From Chlorokybus atmophyticus (taxonomy: Eukaryota; Plantae; Mesostigma and Chlorokybus algae), in assembly GCA_009103225.1 (NCBI GenBank), contig RHPI01001311.1, positions 1-64,000 of the forward strand: DNA of 64,000 nt. The letters are read 5' to 3'. Position 1 is the stretch's first letter. Each line of letters starts with the position of its first letter. A program made the position numbers and the translations under genes. This document shows, piece by piece, positions 49,101 through 62,434 of the stretch. The notes beneath the pieces are model-generated. The model was not told the DNA's origin and ran no database searches. It saw nothing but the letters and a program-made list of their open reading frames with translations.

Positions 49101-49822
49101 AAACATGGCAACGAGGGCCAGCTGGGCAACAGCTCCGCCCAGGCTGTGGCCGCATAGCACGAGGAGCTTCTGCGTGCCGCGCACGAGCTCCTGCACAATT
49201 CACACATGCACGTTATGACAGTTTAGTCGCTGGCATCACATGCACTTGCTTTTCTTGCGGTAAGTTGGTTGCATAATCCACACATGCACGCGTGATGCCA
49301 GTAGCAAAAGAGACTGACCTTTAAGTAACGAATTGGCAAGCGTTTGACACGCTGGCAGACGCCAAAGTGAACGCTGCCGTTGATTGCCTTGAACGGTTTT
49401 TGCCAGGCTTGAATGTCTGTTAACAAGTCGCCGTTGTCCGCTGTGCCTCGAAACGCCACAAACACAGCCTCTGAGGTGTCCACAATAAGCAGGGAGTGCG
49501 GGCCGCTGCATGAGCGGCGCACCTGATGCATGTAACAAGGTGTGTGTTCAGCCCAAATAAAGCAAGCATGCCAGTCTGTCACATTGTGGGGAGGAGAGAA
49601 GTAATGAAGACAAAACAAGAGTGAATGACTGATTGCGTGACTCGCTCTCACCCCTGTAAAGTGAGGGCAGTAGGGAGGGGTTTGCTTTGCATGTGTCTCA
49701 AGGGATGTCCTCAGTTCCGCATCGCTCATGTAAGCCATGTTTGAGCACTGAAGGGCGCCCCATACAAGGCTCGCATCGACCCCTATGTCTTTCTTGCAGT
49801 CGGTTACGTAAGGAACGTTCAT
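46152..49822 (-). CDS. Class-3 lipase domain fused to a C-terminal TRAFAC P-loop GTPase domain; multi-exon
   Basis: Lipase: VFVAFRGT..DLLTDI, VHFG, LCGHSLGGAVAQLA (~49137-49151), ITFGAPLVGD, VNLLNRQDPIP, PDHSLQEY. GTPase: VCGLKNAGKST (G1, ~46887-46913), LLDFPGL (G3), VILVNK|ID (G4 across an intron). Stop at 46152-46154. Middle exons are only partly resolved and an upstream exon is possible. Confidence 0.82.
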
Positions 49823-52800
49823 TGTTCCGTCTGCAAAGCAGAAAACCCTGCATGCATGCATTCAAGAAAAGAAACCAAACAACTATTCAGAACGGCAGCA
49901 CATGTGTCTTTTGAATTAAATCATCATAACAACCGATGTCGCCAACCGGGAAGCATGTAACCCATACTGCACAGAGAGAGAGAAACAGAGAAGCCATACA
50001 CACCGGTAACACAGACATCTGCTGCTACAATCAACGCCAAAGCATACCAACAGTCACTGTTACTGTTGGCTTCCAGAGATGGAGGGGGTGAGAGGCAGAG
50101 AGGAAGGGAGCTTGGGCGAGAGAGAGAGCCACGTATTACATACATCGAAGCTGTCACAATATCCTGTAGGCTTGATAATTGGTTACAGCTACATCTGTCA
50201 CATGCGCGCGTGCGGGACTAAGTAGCAGTAAAATGGTAAGCCGTACCAAGCAATTCTGAGTGTTCTCATAAGCATGACTAATGCCAGGTGAGTGTGGACC
50301 CGAAGCTGGTACAGGCCTGAGCATGTGATTGTCTCTGTGCGTGCAAACAATTAACTTCAAGTATGGTCACATCAATAAAAACGCAGGCACTCCTTATTGC
50401 CTTTCCTACACTACCTGGCGACGGTTGGACTGGGGTACAGATGTGCACACGCGTAATACCTGGCTGCTTTGGTTAAGCCGAGTTCTACGGCTGCACTCCT
50501 GCCGCCAGAGCTTGCTTGAGAGCTCAAGAGAACATGCGGCACCGCTCTGCCTCAGCAGCAATCTGACTGCAATTGTCCCAACAAAACAGCTGCGCATGTC
50601 TAGCACTCTCTGGCACTGGGCAGCTATTAGGGGCAAGCACGGTGTGGTAGGCAGGGTTTTCAGACTAGGAGGCCCTCAAGGCACGGACGAACCTGCCAGC
50701 GCGTGCGCCAGTAGTTCTACAGCGCCTCTAAGCTCCCCTTACAAGTACATGATGACTGTGTGGCGGCGGCGGCGGCACTGCCAACCACATCGCCGTTAAC
50801 ATGCTGCATGCCTTTGCGGCGCTTGGACGTGTGGCGCATGGGCTATTCCTCAAGGAGTCAGGAAGCGACACGCTCAACAATGTCATTGCATGCCGCGCAC
50901 AAAGTATGTGCCGCAGAGTGGGCATTACGTGCATGCCTTTTCGGTGTCGGCGAAGGCGGTCTCGAGCCTCGTGACTCATGACTCATGAGTCAGGCACACT
51001 AAACGATGCTCAATTGTTGTATGTATCAAAAGCAACACACCAATTCAGACTGTATGTATACTAGCTTCCATGCTATACCCAACCATGCTCAACTATGCGG
51101 GCATTCTGTACATGTAAGATGTGCGACACATGATGTGCGAACATGCATAAATACGTAAGACACACCATACCTGCAGCGTGTCGCGTTTGTACAATTAACA
51201 ACAATGAAGTAGACCTCACTAATTGCTGATGCATTGACATGTCACCTATCGAACATAAATTAAATGGCAATGTATATGTAAATATATATGTATCTGCATT
51301 CTGCAATCCTTCGTAAAACCCGTTTTTTGCGTTCTGTCGTACAACAAATGTGTAATTTTAATGACTAACACTCGTAATTATAGTTTTTATGCGAACACAG
51401 TATGATAGCTCGCCTATTTGCTCCGCACTATGACATGCTTGTTCTCATGTGCTGTGTGTTATAGCACATGATAGCGGTACAGCTCAGCCCATTTGCGTCT
51501 ACGATGCTATTATATGTATATCAAATGTATTACATTGTAAGTGATGCATAAATAAAGCCAAAGAATATGCCAATTCACACTTTAATGGCATCGAACGCAA
51601 TATGGTTGAGGTAAATCTTACACCCGAAAGTATAAAATATGAAACCAATAATAGACATTCTAGAGTATTGAACCACATACTCTTAGCACAGCAAAACACT
51701 GACTGTAACTGATGTTCACACATATTTACGCACCACCCGGTGTTGAAACCGGCTATGTGCTCTATGTAGAGCACATATACGCGCTATATGTTTAATGTTT
51801 ACTACTAAGTTCCGCACTAGTGCATGTTTAAGTACTTGAACATGCACGTCATCGTACTATAGAGATGGTGCCACGTCCCTCAATGCAAAGCCAAGCATAA
51901 GGAGGCAGAGCCTCAGCATTTGCCACTCCTATGGTAGTGTCAATTGTGACTTGGTGAACAGTAGGCTATAGCAGTCGCTATCCGCAAACGGATGGATGTG
52001 GGTTGTAGGTGCTTATTTATGCGGGCTCGCGTTTTGTAGCCCATCAAAATTTTAAGTTCAAGTTTTAAGAACATATGATAAGACAATAATGGATTTTTGA
52101 AAATCTTATATTATTGACAACCTCACGCTATTTGCAATGGGTAAAGAGATTTATTTAACGAGATCAACAAGCAGCCTATACCGTGCATACATGCAGTCAT
52201 GAAGTGCATACATGCAGTTGTAACCATCCGACCTTCAGGTACATATGTAATACTAATTCTTGTACTCATTGCCACTCAGACAATTGCATGTGCGCATAGG
52301 TGGGGCAACCGCCACACGCAACCAACTCTCAGGTATGCAGCACATCACAACACTACTGTGTCCATCGTGCAGCATACACACATAGCCACATGAACAAGCG
52401 TATGCGCGCATATATGTGGGACAACCATTGCCACAGTTATCAATCAACTTGCATCCATGGAACACAAGGTACACCGAGCGTTGAAGCTAATAGTATGGGG
52501 CAACCGCGACACATAACAAAATCGTAAATTGCAATACATCATGTCTACTGAGATGCTAACACATAACATACCTCACATTGCTTAGCAAAGTTTGCATGGA
52601 ACAGTTGATGCCATGTACATACAATGTGAGGTGCAAGTGTAATAATACGAGCAAGTGTGCACTGGTCGCTTTGGTAGCATAGCAGACCCTGCACTGCATG
52701 GCATTTAATGAGTCGTAATTACAGCACACCAGCAGCACCTCTCAGTTATTGTAGAGACTGCTATTGACAAGCAGCTACCGATAACTACATGTTTCACTGG

Positions 52801-55800
52801 CCAGACGCTGCAAAGACTTCAGTCACAATAAGCTAGAACATTCGGCAACTTTTCAACTGCTGCACGGCTGGAGTCCAGCTGGCGCGTCAACTTCATCCAG
52901 TTGCGTAACACAGCATCATGGGCAACCTCAAGTTTCGTGAAGCACCCTTCATCTGAGCAAGGCATATATGGTCATAATGCGAGACAGCTAGCAGGTGGGG
53001 CTTGCTCATCACAGACGGTGGGCACAAGCACATAGCATGGAGTCCACCATGCATGCTGCTACAAACACTGGCAGCCCTAGCAACAACACCCTGCAACACT
53101 AGGCACATACTGTCAAGGCTGCCAACCGTCTGATTGCAAAAGACTTACCGTAGCCATCCCAAAGCAGCTCCGCTACAACTCCATGATTACGGCGTAATGG
53201 ACTGCACAATTCCGCTGCAGATGCTGTGGCGAGTAACAACTTTCGCGGTAATTGCTTGGCATTGAGTGGGTTTGCAATGAGCACCCAGTGTCGCGCGACA
53301 GTTCGCGCTAGAAACCAGCAGTTGGTACGCACGAGTTGGAACATGCCCGTGCAGGGGTCACACTTCACCATGTCAATGCTGAAGAGCATGTCACAGAGCA
53401 TGGGTTGAGCTTGTGGTTGAAAGGTTGCTTCCCATAACCTCCAAGGATGAAGGCGGGAATGGAATTCTGCAGTCCAGACTGCCACTGCATCCCAAGCATC
53501 CCCGCTGAGGAAAATGCATACAATGACGCCCTGTCACAGCACAGAATTTGCGCTGTCATTGCGGTGCGACTGCATTGATGCACATCATGTGTCTAACACG
53601 ACTCCAAAAGCACGCCAATAAACACATGGAACATTGCTTGGAGTGGAGGCATGGATGAACCACATTCAATGCATGCAAGAGGAGTCACTCTGTAAGTAGC
53701 ACTTGCAGAACATTAATTGCAGCACACGCATAGACGGGGTGGGCACGACGTCGCAGGTGTGTGTGTGCGGGGGTGTATGCTTGTATCTGCGCGCATCACG
53801 TAACATGTACAGACGTGCGTGCAGCGTAACTCTATGACCTCGAGCACTCTTTGCACACAAAACGCTCACATGGCTGCGTCCATTGGCTTGTGACGACTCG
53901 TGAAGCGTGCTGACTCTTGAAGCGTTCTACCTGCATGCACATGGCACACTGCTGAGCACTCGGAGGCAACGGCATCGGGCCCTCGAGTGTAGTGATGAAG
54001 CCCGTGTTAACTTGCAGGCAGAGTGCATGATGAGGGTTCAGCGCCGGGTTGTCGACACAACTCTGGCATGGACAATGCGGGCGGTTGCCGCCCAGTTGCG
54101 CCCGTACCCACCAGCCTGAGGGCCGTCCTCACGTCCTCCTCCCTCCCCTTGACTGGCGTCACTGGCTTGCTGCCAGTGAAGGAAATGCAGGAAGTCTGAA
54201 TACGGAAGTTTTAAGGGCTCGTTGGCGACCAGCAGACCAGGGACGCTCTGGCCAGCATTGTCAAGCAGAGGGGGCTGTACACAAGCGGCACGAGTTGACC
54301 CGTATGACATGCGTCTTACTGAGACAACGCTGCGACAGTGCAGGCCCAGCCTAGCATGCTCGCCGCCGCCGTCACCCTGGTCAGCAGCGGTCAGTTAAGG
54401 GCGTTCGTTTGTGGTGCGCTAAGATCGACTGCCACGTTACAATTACAATTGAATCACCTGTGCCACCCATGACAGAGTCGGTGCGGTGCAAGCTTGGCGA
54501 CCACTACGGTAGTGGCACTACCGCAACGGCAAGCGTACATGCATACATAGGCTAGCAGGTGACAATAGATGATAGGAGATGATGGTAAATGACGAGAAGC
54601 CGCCCCATGTAGCAGCTGATGGAAGCCACCGGATTGTGGACCGTCGTCATGCAATTACATCATCATTCCCAAGCTGTACGCATTGACTGACAGGCCCTGA
54701 AAGCTCTAGAGGCTTCCAACCCTAGGCCGGCTACAACCACTGTGGCTAGGTGTGCCGCGGCACGCGGTGTCTCTTCCACCCCCCACCCTTCGTAAACCTA
54801 CATGCCTAGTGGCTTGCGAAGCAGCGACCGCGGCACGCGGTGCTACCAGGTGCTATGCTTAGTGGCTGGCGGATAGGCCTAGATCCTCTGCATTGTCCGC
54901 AAACACAGACTTATACCATACCATGCAATGCATGACATGCATGACAGTGTAGCAACTTGCTATATACATGATCGAGGCATGTCATGTGATGTAAAATCAA
55001 TAGCATGGGTCCCTATACTAACAGTTCGGCACGCACTCTGTACTTTGGGGTGGACAACATAACTTACGCTCTAGGCAAGTGCACCACTGGTTGCACCGCT
55101 GGCAGCGCTGTCGTTGCTGCTGGCGGGGATGGGGTGGTGGGCGGCAGCGACGTCAGCCGTCTCAGCAATGGCCTCAGCGGGCTTGCGCCTTGAAGAACTG
55201 CGAATGTGACGCCGGCTACCAACAACGGGAGGGCGTCTACTGGCAATGCCGGAATGCCGCTTCTCAGCACCATGCCACCGCATCCCAGCAGGCACTGCCC
55301 AATTTTCACCATCACCGCAACCCCTCCTCTGAATTGGCCTTTGGTATGAGCCCCCTGGCGTGCTGCGCCCCCCTCCCCTCCCCTCCCTCCCTTCCCGCCG
55401 GCACCGTGCTAGCAGCTGGGCGTGCACCTGATGCGAATTCCAGGCGTCCAAAGTGTGTACCCACTTGCTTTCCAACCATGTATGTGGTCATGCTTAAGGC
55501 TGCCGCAACATGCACTTATACACTCACGCTTTTTTTTGCAACCAGGTTTTTATATGTTGCGTTGCCTCAGCGTACTGTGCACAAGACTGACCAGCCGACC
55601 TCCAACAATGTCAGCATTGATGTGTTTAACTCCCTGGTTGCTGTACACAAAGCGCTAAGGCAAGCATTGCGTATAGTCCAGTTGTCTCTTTCTGGCTGAA
55701 TATGACTGTTGCTGCCCCGTTTAGAAAATACGCCCGTTCTGCCTTCCTTCCCACAGAGAGCGTTACGAGAGGTTGGAGCGGAGCCTCCCTGCAAACGCAA

Positions 55801-56787
55801 ATGAGCAAGCAGGGCGTTGCGAGAGCTTGCCAACTACAACGGGTTGGAGCAGCAGCAGCTAGCGGCAAGGACGATTGGCTCAGTACAAAAGAGCTTAGTT
55901 AAAGAGATGGTCACCACACTAGCCGGCATCTTTCTGCGTTGTTGTAGTTAAGCTTTGTTTATGTAGTCAACACTACGCTGACTGTTAATGGCACATGTAT
56001 AGAGGTTGGGTCTTATTATACACTACAAGATCAAGGTATGCACAGTGTTGTCATGTTACCTTCACTCACAGTACTGTGTACGGGACCAGCAGTGCATAAT
56101 ACTGCTGACTCTGTTGCGCTTGCAGTTACGCTATTGAAGCATTAGAAGAAGTTACATCTGCAAGGGGGCTTCGCTATTGAACTAGACTGCTCGCAGGAGC
56201 TGCAACTGTCAACACCGGCTGCTGCGCGGAACACGGTTTGACACTCCAGAACAAGTGCTGGGGAAACAAACAATCAGGCCCTTGAAGATACAGGTCTACG
56301 GCTTCTCCATTTTCAGCCACCAAGGTCACGTTGGCAAGCACTATTGCATGCGTGTGACGTTCTTCCTGTACAGGATCAGTCGTTTGGCAGATGTTGCATC
56401 AATAAGCAGCCTGTGACCATAACTAGTTGTTAAACCGTAGCCTTCAATAAGCATCTGTCTGTAACTTTACTTGTACATGTCGCAGCACACTCGTCAGGCC
56501 AAACTGCTCTTCGCAAAGGCTGTCATTGTCAGAACTCAAACGCTTGCAATTGCTCTACACAACCGTTATGGAGAGCAGTGCTCGCCTGCCCAGGCCCATG
56601 GCATAACTCTATCGACTCTAGACAATTTCTGCAACGTGACGGCATGCAGAACGCTCCACCTTCCTGACGGCATGTTGCAAAGTTATCCGTGGCTTAGCCA
56701 GTTGAAGTTTGCAGCCATGATGGATAGCAAGGTGCGTGCGTGCATGCATAATCGCATATGCGTGTGCATGCGCTTGTATCATCTCGG

Positions 56788-56837
<50 letters not shown>

Positions 56838-56900
56838 CTCTCGCGCGCGCTCTCGCGCTCTCTCTCGCGCTCTCTCGCTCTCGCGCTCTTGCGCTCTCTC
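56788..56900. repeat. (CT)n microsatellite grading into CTCGCG repeats
   Basis: Direct reading; lies after a GTGCGT donor-like site. Confidence 0.9.
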
Positions 56901-57653
56901 ATCGTTTGGTGACGTGAAAGCAGCTGAACTACAATTACATATATCGGGTTCCAAATCCTGTAGCCACCGTCGGGGGGGACTATACTACTGTTTTGTGTGA
57001 TCTCAATATGACCAAGCACATGTTATGTGGTCGACAGAAGCACCACACTGTCATGACAATGCACCTGTTGCAAGCATGTCACACTTAAAACATATGCGTA
57101 TCACAGCTGTATACAGTACTGCATTGCTGCTCTGCCGCTGCATGTGATGAAAGCAGCGTACAAGCGACTTGTACCAGTCGCTTGTACGCCGCTGCTCAAA
57201 TGCCACTCAGTGAATGCACACCTGTGGAGTGTGGCGCGCAAGCGCGCTGCAGGAGGTCATGACATAGCATCCGCAAGCGACGAACACAGCAGCCTCACAT
57301 ACCCTATACTCTGCACTAACCCACATGTACGCGCAGCTTACTTATTACAGAAGTACTTCTGCTTACAAAGGGTAGCGTACAAGCATAGCATCCGACGCAC
57401 GGCGCATTATGGAAGGAGGTCACACTCTGGCAGAGTCTCGCACCCTCAAGTCCTCCTTCAAGTTGGTGTAGTATGACCAGCGACTGTGGGTGAATGGCCA
57501 CTTGTGACTCAACAAGAATCTCAACGACAGGTCTTATCCTTTTCTGCAACCGAGTTGTACGTCAGACATGTTGCACGCAGTATACACAGTTCCTAGCAGG
57601 CAGGGCCACATCAACACAATAGACATGGGCCTGTACGTGGCATGCGTACTCAC

Positions 57654-59129
57654 ACAATCTCGGGTCGGGACAGCGCACGGTGATGGTCTTGTTGGTGCTT
57701 GTGACAGCAATGTTGAAGGCCGACAGCACGGCAGGGGTAGCGGTTTGATGGTGGGTGCCGTCGGGGGCGTGGAGATCAAGCACCCAGAAGCTCGTGTGAT
57801 CGGGAATGACTTCCACAGCCTGTCCGCCCCATTGGAGAGGCAGGTGGGTTGGGAGGACTTGCTCCTCCACCGAGTGGCGCTCGATGTCATACTCGATGCG
57901 GAAGTTCACCTTGCCTGAGGTGCCAAAGACCTTGTGCACCGTCCTGACCTCATAGTCAATGAAGTTGTCAGTGACGTTCACCTGCTCAATTGCAAACATC
58001 ATGACTTCTTCCCCACCACAGTGTGCAAGCTCAATGCGAACAACGCATGGGTGCATGCACGTACATATACTCGTGTCCATGCGTACACATGGACTCACCA
58101 GCCGGCACCACCAGTCCCTCTCGTTGCTTGGGCCTGTGCCCTGCTCGCCCTGCTTCCAGATAATGCCAAGCCGTACGCTGTCGCGCACAATACGCCAGCC
58201 CTCTGGTACCCCATGGTTGTGGTAGTTGTGGCGGAGGTCGTCTCTGGAGCTGTGCTGCTTCATCTCATGTGTTGCTTCGTGACGCCTCTCATGGCGGGGG
58301 ATGCGCGTATGAAAGGTCACCTGCACGCAAGGTCCTGTTCAGGTCAGTGACCATGGGACAAGCCGCTTGCTTTAGTGATGGAGTTCAACCAAGTTGTTAC
58401 ATGACCAACAAGTACGACCGTTGCATGAGGCGGGCCAGGCATCGGGAGCAGCTGGATTGGGTGGGACATCTTGTTAGGACTTGAAAGCCAAGTAGAGGCA
58501 GGATACGACAGCACAACTGTGAGTGGATAAGCCCCATCAAAGAGCTTCGGCAGCTTATCAGCAGCAAACGCAAAATGCAGCTCAGTGCTTGTCACAGACA
58601 CCGGGAGCAGAGGGCCACTGGAAAATCCCTCCAGAAGCGGCGCGTAGCCGTTCATGCTGGCATGGACAAAATTGCCCCGCGCAACAACCCGGACAATCGC
58701 AGAGCCTGCCTCTACATAGCGTGGGGTGTAACTTGTGAGTTGGGGTTGCGTGTTGGCCAGAGGAAGGGAGTTGGCAGCTGCCTGCAGGGCCGCAAGGTTC
58801 TTCTGCAGGTCGGCGTCGCTCTGGTGGCGTAGCGCATCGAGGGCCACGGACATGTTGCCGATGACATTTTGCGCAGTGATGTCCAGCTTGTCAACTGACT
58901 TGTCCACTAGCTGGTTCAGTTGTGACGTGGTTTCCTGCAACACGTGAAGAGCTGCTTGCGCAGCCTCTCTTACAACCTCCTTGCCCGCCCCCTGCGCCTG
59001 GTCGATCACATCACTGATGCCTTTCTTGAATTGATCAATGAGCTCACTGACAAGCATTCCACCAGGCACGGCGATAGCAGCCACTGGCCCTGCCAGCTGG
59101 GACGCGGGCACTGATAATGCAGTCTGCAT
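57654..59129 (-). CDS. Orphan protein: amphipathic helical N-terminus plus beta-rich C-terminal domains (exons 59129-58419, 58320-58099, 57981-~57654)
   Basis: Long stop-free exons with strong GC3 bias join in frame through GT-AG introns: ..PPHAT|VTFHTRIP..WWCRL|VNVTDNFIDYEVRTVHKVFGTSGKVNFRIEY.. No family recognised with certainty. Confidence 0.7.
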
Positions 59130-59419
59130 GCTGCTCCTGCCCAGCCATGTTGACAGTCAGTTACACTGGTGTTCATGGTCGCAGCACTTCCAACAATGTC
59201 AGCGACAAAACCAACTTATGCCATACACGGCGTGTGCGGGCTGCAACGGGTTTCTTCTCAAGCTTTACAGGTCACCCCGAAACTGCACGCTATCAGTGAA
59301 GATCAGCATGTGGTTAGCAGCGGAGCAACTAGCAGAACACTGCGCAACAAGTTACCATGAGACAAGCGACTTGCTGGCTACGCCAGTAGCGAAGCCGAGA
59401 TAAAAGGCCAAGTGTAAAA

Positions 59420-59557
59420 CGAGGGACATGCGCATAGTCACCTTACCGGTACCTTTCATGAATAGAGGCCAAGTGTAAACCAGACTGATCAGTCTGGTTT
59501 ACACTTGGCCTCTATTCATGAAAGGTACCGGTAAGGTGACTATGCGCATGTCCCTCG
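59420..59557. repeat. Perfect 138-bp palindrome (69-bp arms, no spacer)
   Basis: 59420-59488 is the exact reverse complement of 59489-59557; centre CAGACTGA|TCAGTCTG. Confidence 0.97.
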
Positions 59558-62434
59558 CAGCGATGAAAACGAGAAATGTGTGACGACTGATAATCACTAA
59601 TTATCACTCTTAGTCATGAGTGCATTCAACTGATGAAGCGGACTTGGTCTTACAAGGCCGGAATACTCCCAGCCTGTGTGACATGCCGCTGGGAGTGGCA
59701 TGTGCATGCTTGCAAGGTCTAGGGTATGCAAGAAGTTTCCCTCTACGCAACTAGTCCGTACACACTATAGCTACTTGCGTGGAGGGACATGTGCGTCACC
59801 GTGGGCAAGGCTTGCGGCCTGATTACCCTAATGTATGGACTGCAGACCTAGCTGGTGCCACTTCGTTCGTCAGGCCAAGTAGCAGCGCTTGCAATAGTTG
59901 AACTTGCAGTCATGCACAAACTGGTGACCACATGCGCCGGCAACTGCAACTCACCTCCGACACTGCCGCATTTGTGCGACAGGTAGGAGGTATACACCGT
60001 CAGCCTGTGTGTCGTGAGGGGACGCACGTCCACGTGGCAGGTGCGTGTAGTGTAACCAACGCAACCTGCGGCAGCAACCGCGCCTTCTCCTCGTCTTCCT
60101 CCTCCTCGTCGTCCGCCTCCTTGTGAGCTCAGAGCCGCTTCTGCTCAACTGCTACTACTGTCACCGGGAACCCTAGCTCATACCACTGGTGTCCGCTACT
60201 CTAGCATATGCCGCCGCCGCCGTTGTGTACAAGCGGCCAAATGCATGGCCGTGCTTGGACATGGCTTAGGCCCAGGGCAACACTGCCGCCAGTGACCCAC
60301 TCAGCCAACCACATTGTGCCGTCTGCACTCCCGAACTTTCGACAGGCAGTCACGCACCAAAAGTGGCAAACGTCTGACATGTTTCCTGTATAAGTGAGCC
60401 CATACATTCTCAATTATGCAGTTTTATGATTGCAGAGAAAGCGGCCATACTGCCGCAAGTTGTCTGTCTAGTCAAACAGCATCTGCTACCCGGTAGGCTA
60501 AGCCCTCCAGGCAGCAGGCAAACCTAGCGTAAGAAAGTTTTCGTGCATGCAGGCCCTTATCTCATATGTTGCTACGTTTTCCGCTTACAATTACGGCGGC
60601 GCGCACTGACTCTTCAGGGGCCGTGACTGTGCTTGCAGGCGCAATTATGGTCGGTGATAGCGGTGCAACCTTCTTTTTGGGGGGGGGGGGAGGCTTGGCG
60701 AAAGTGACAGGTAAGTTCATGCTATATCCAACAATTGCATTGAAGTTTAGCACCCAAGAGAGCTTATTTGCATCATGATTGCATGTAGAACGCGATCCTG
60801 TGCTGTAGTGTCTTTAATTATAGTCGATTCAGTGATGATGAGATGAACAGAAGTTTATGAGTCGGTATTCTTTCGGTCAGCCATATGTTCAACCACTTTG
60901 CAACAATGCTATGTGCGCTATGCGTGATGACTCCTGCCATGCTTCTTTTCTCAATTTTGCCATTGCTATTTTTTTGATGTAAGACAAAAAACATCAACAT
61001 TGACGGTATGACACCGTAGAGGTAGATTATTTCATGGTACAGTTCCTAGCCGATTGCTGCGCAAATTTCGCGAGAGTTGGCAGGTTTTGCCAATTACCAT
61101 AGTGGTACCCCTCTGGTGAAACCCGGCGAAACCAATATGGGCGAAGACCGCGGGAATCTAATCACTGCTATCACTGACTATGGTACACGTGCTTGAGGCA
61201 TATCTTGGTCGATGGCGTCATTCCTCGTACTGGCGCGCAACAACCCTTCAGGAGCCCCTTCAGACATGGCACGCGTCGGATTATGCACCCACAGCGCTGC
61301 CGCTAGAGTCTAGCGGCTAGACAAGTGCCTTGCGACTCGCAAGTAGTAGCAAGTTCCGGAGGCCAGTCAGTGAACAACGGAGCCGACCGGCTTTTAGTAT
61401 CACTACAGTTCCCTTGTACGAAAGTTGTCAGCCCGGCAGAATTGTTTTTTATGGTCGGGAAGCTACAGATGCCCATTGCTGCAGAGCCAGCAACCTTGGC
61501 GGCGGCGGCGGCGGCGGGAAGAGGCGCAAGCTGGCACCTGTTGTTCCCACCCACTGCCCTTAGCGGGCAACTTTTCTCTACGCTCATAGGTGTAGGCGTC
61601 CCCCACTGCATGCCTGCGTATTCGTTTACTTAATCTCCTGGTTGGTCTCCAAGCAATGCATGCCCGCCAAGTGCTTGCTGTAGGAGCCTAGAAGCTATTT
61701 TTGAATCTTAAGCAGTTAGTCAACGCCTCTGTGCGTTATCCACACGGACTGTTGCCATGGCGGACCAGCCATCCACTTCCACAGCATTGACAGAAGATGC
61801 CAACAGCGGCGCCAGATCAACAGCGCCTGTTGGTGAGTACGCGTGATATTGGCGTGTCAATTGTTGCAGCTGCTTTGACATCCAATGCATCAGTTGCTGT
61901 TCTGCTCAACTCTCATTGGTTAAGGTGAACTGCTTGCAAGCAGAACTGCATAGCTCAGGATTCATGCATCGCAATGCACATGCCTCTCATGCATGGAAAC
62001 ATATGTTTCCAGCTGCAGCGGGGTTGGTGGTAGTTCTCACCCATACACCACAATCTGACTATTGTCAGCTTACTTAGTGTTAAAATATTGTGCACCCAGG
62101 TCTAGGTGTGCGGATATTGCAGCCTGCATTGTAACAGTACAATCAAACTCCTTGTTGTAAAGGTGCCAAGCCTGTCATGCCACGTCCATATCACGCCTAG
62201 TTGTAGGGAATAACTTGCCTGCTGAACACACGAGGGTGCAGTTGTGTTGATTCAAACTGTGTATGCACAGGGGAAAAGCGCTTGAGTTCTTGTTCTTCAC
62301 CAGATCAAACAGGCCATGCCGGCTTGACAACATCACAAGTCGAATATGTAAGCTTGTTTCTGCTTCTTGTTTACTCAGGCAAATTACCAACTCTGTGTGC
62401 GACTGAACAATGTGTTACATGATATCTCTGGCAG

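Noticed and set aside
51423-51820. AT-rich segment with small hairpins (51445-51471, 51754-51777) and CTAG at 51817-51820 as a Helitron end
   Set aside because: The hairpin is about 40 nt from the CTAG, farther than typical, and no 5' TC end or Rep/helicase was found.
52040-52170. AT-rich patch as an organellar insertion
   Set aside because: No recognisable plastid or mitochondrial gene or RNA sequence; composition alone is insufficient.
50329-57476. Scattered protein-like fragments (for example 53099-53485, 53907-54310, 56471-56730)
   Set aside because: Could not be assembled into consistent spliced genes and carry no recognisable motifs; probably decayed genes or TEs.
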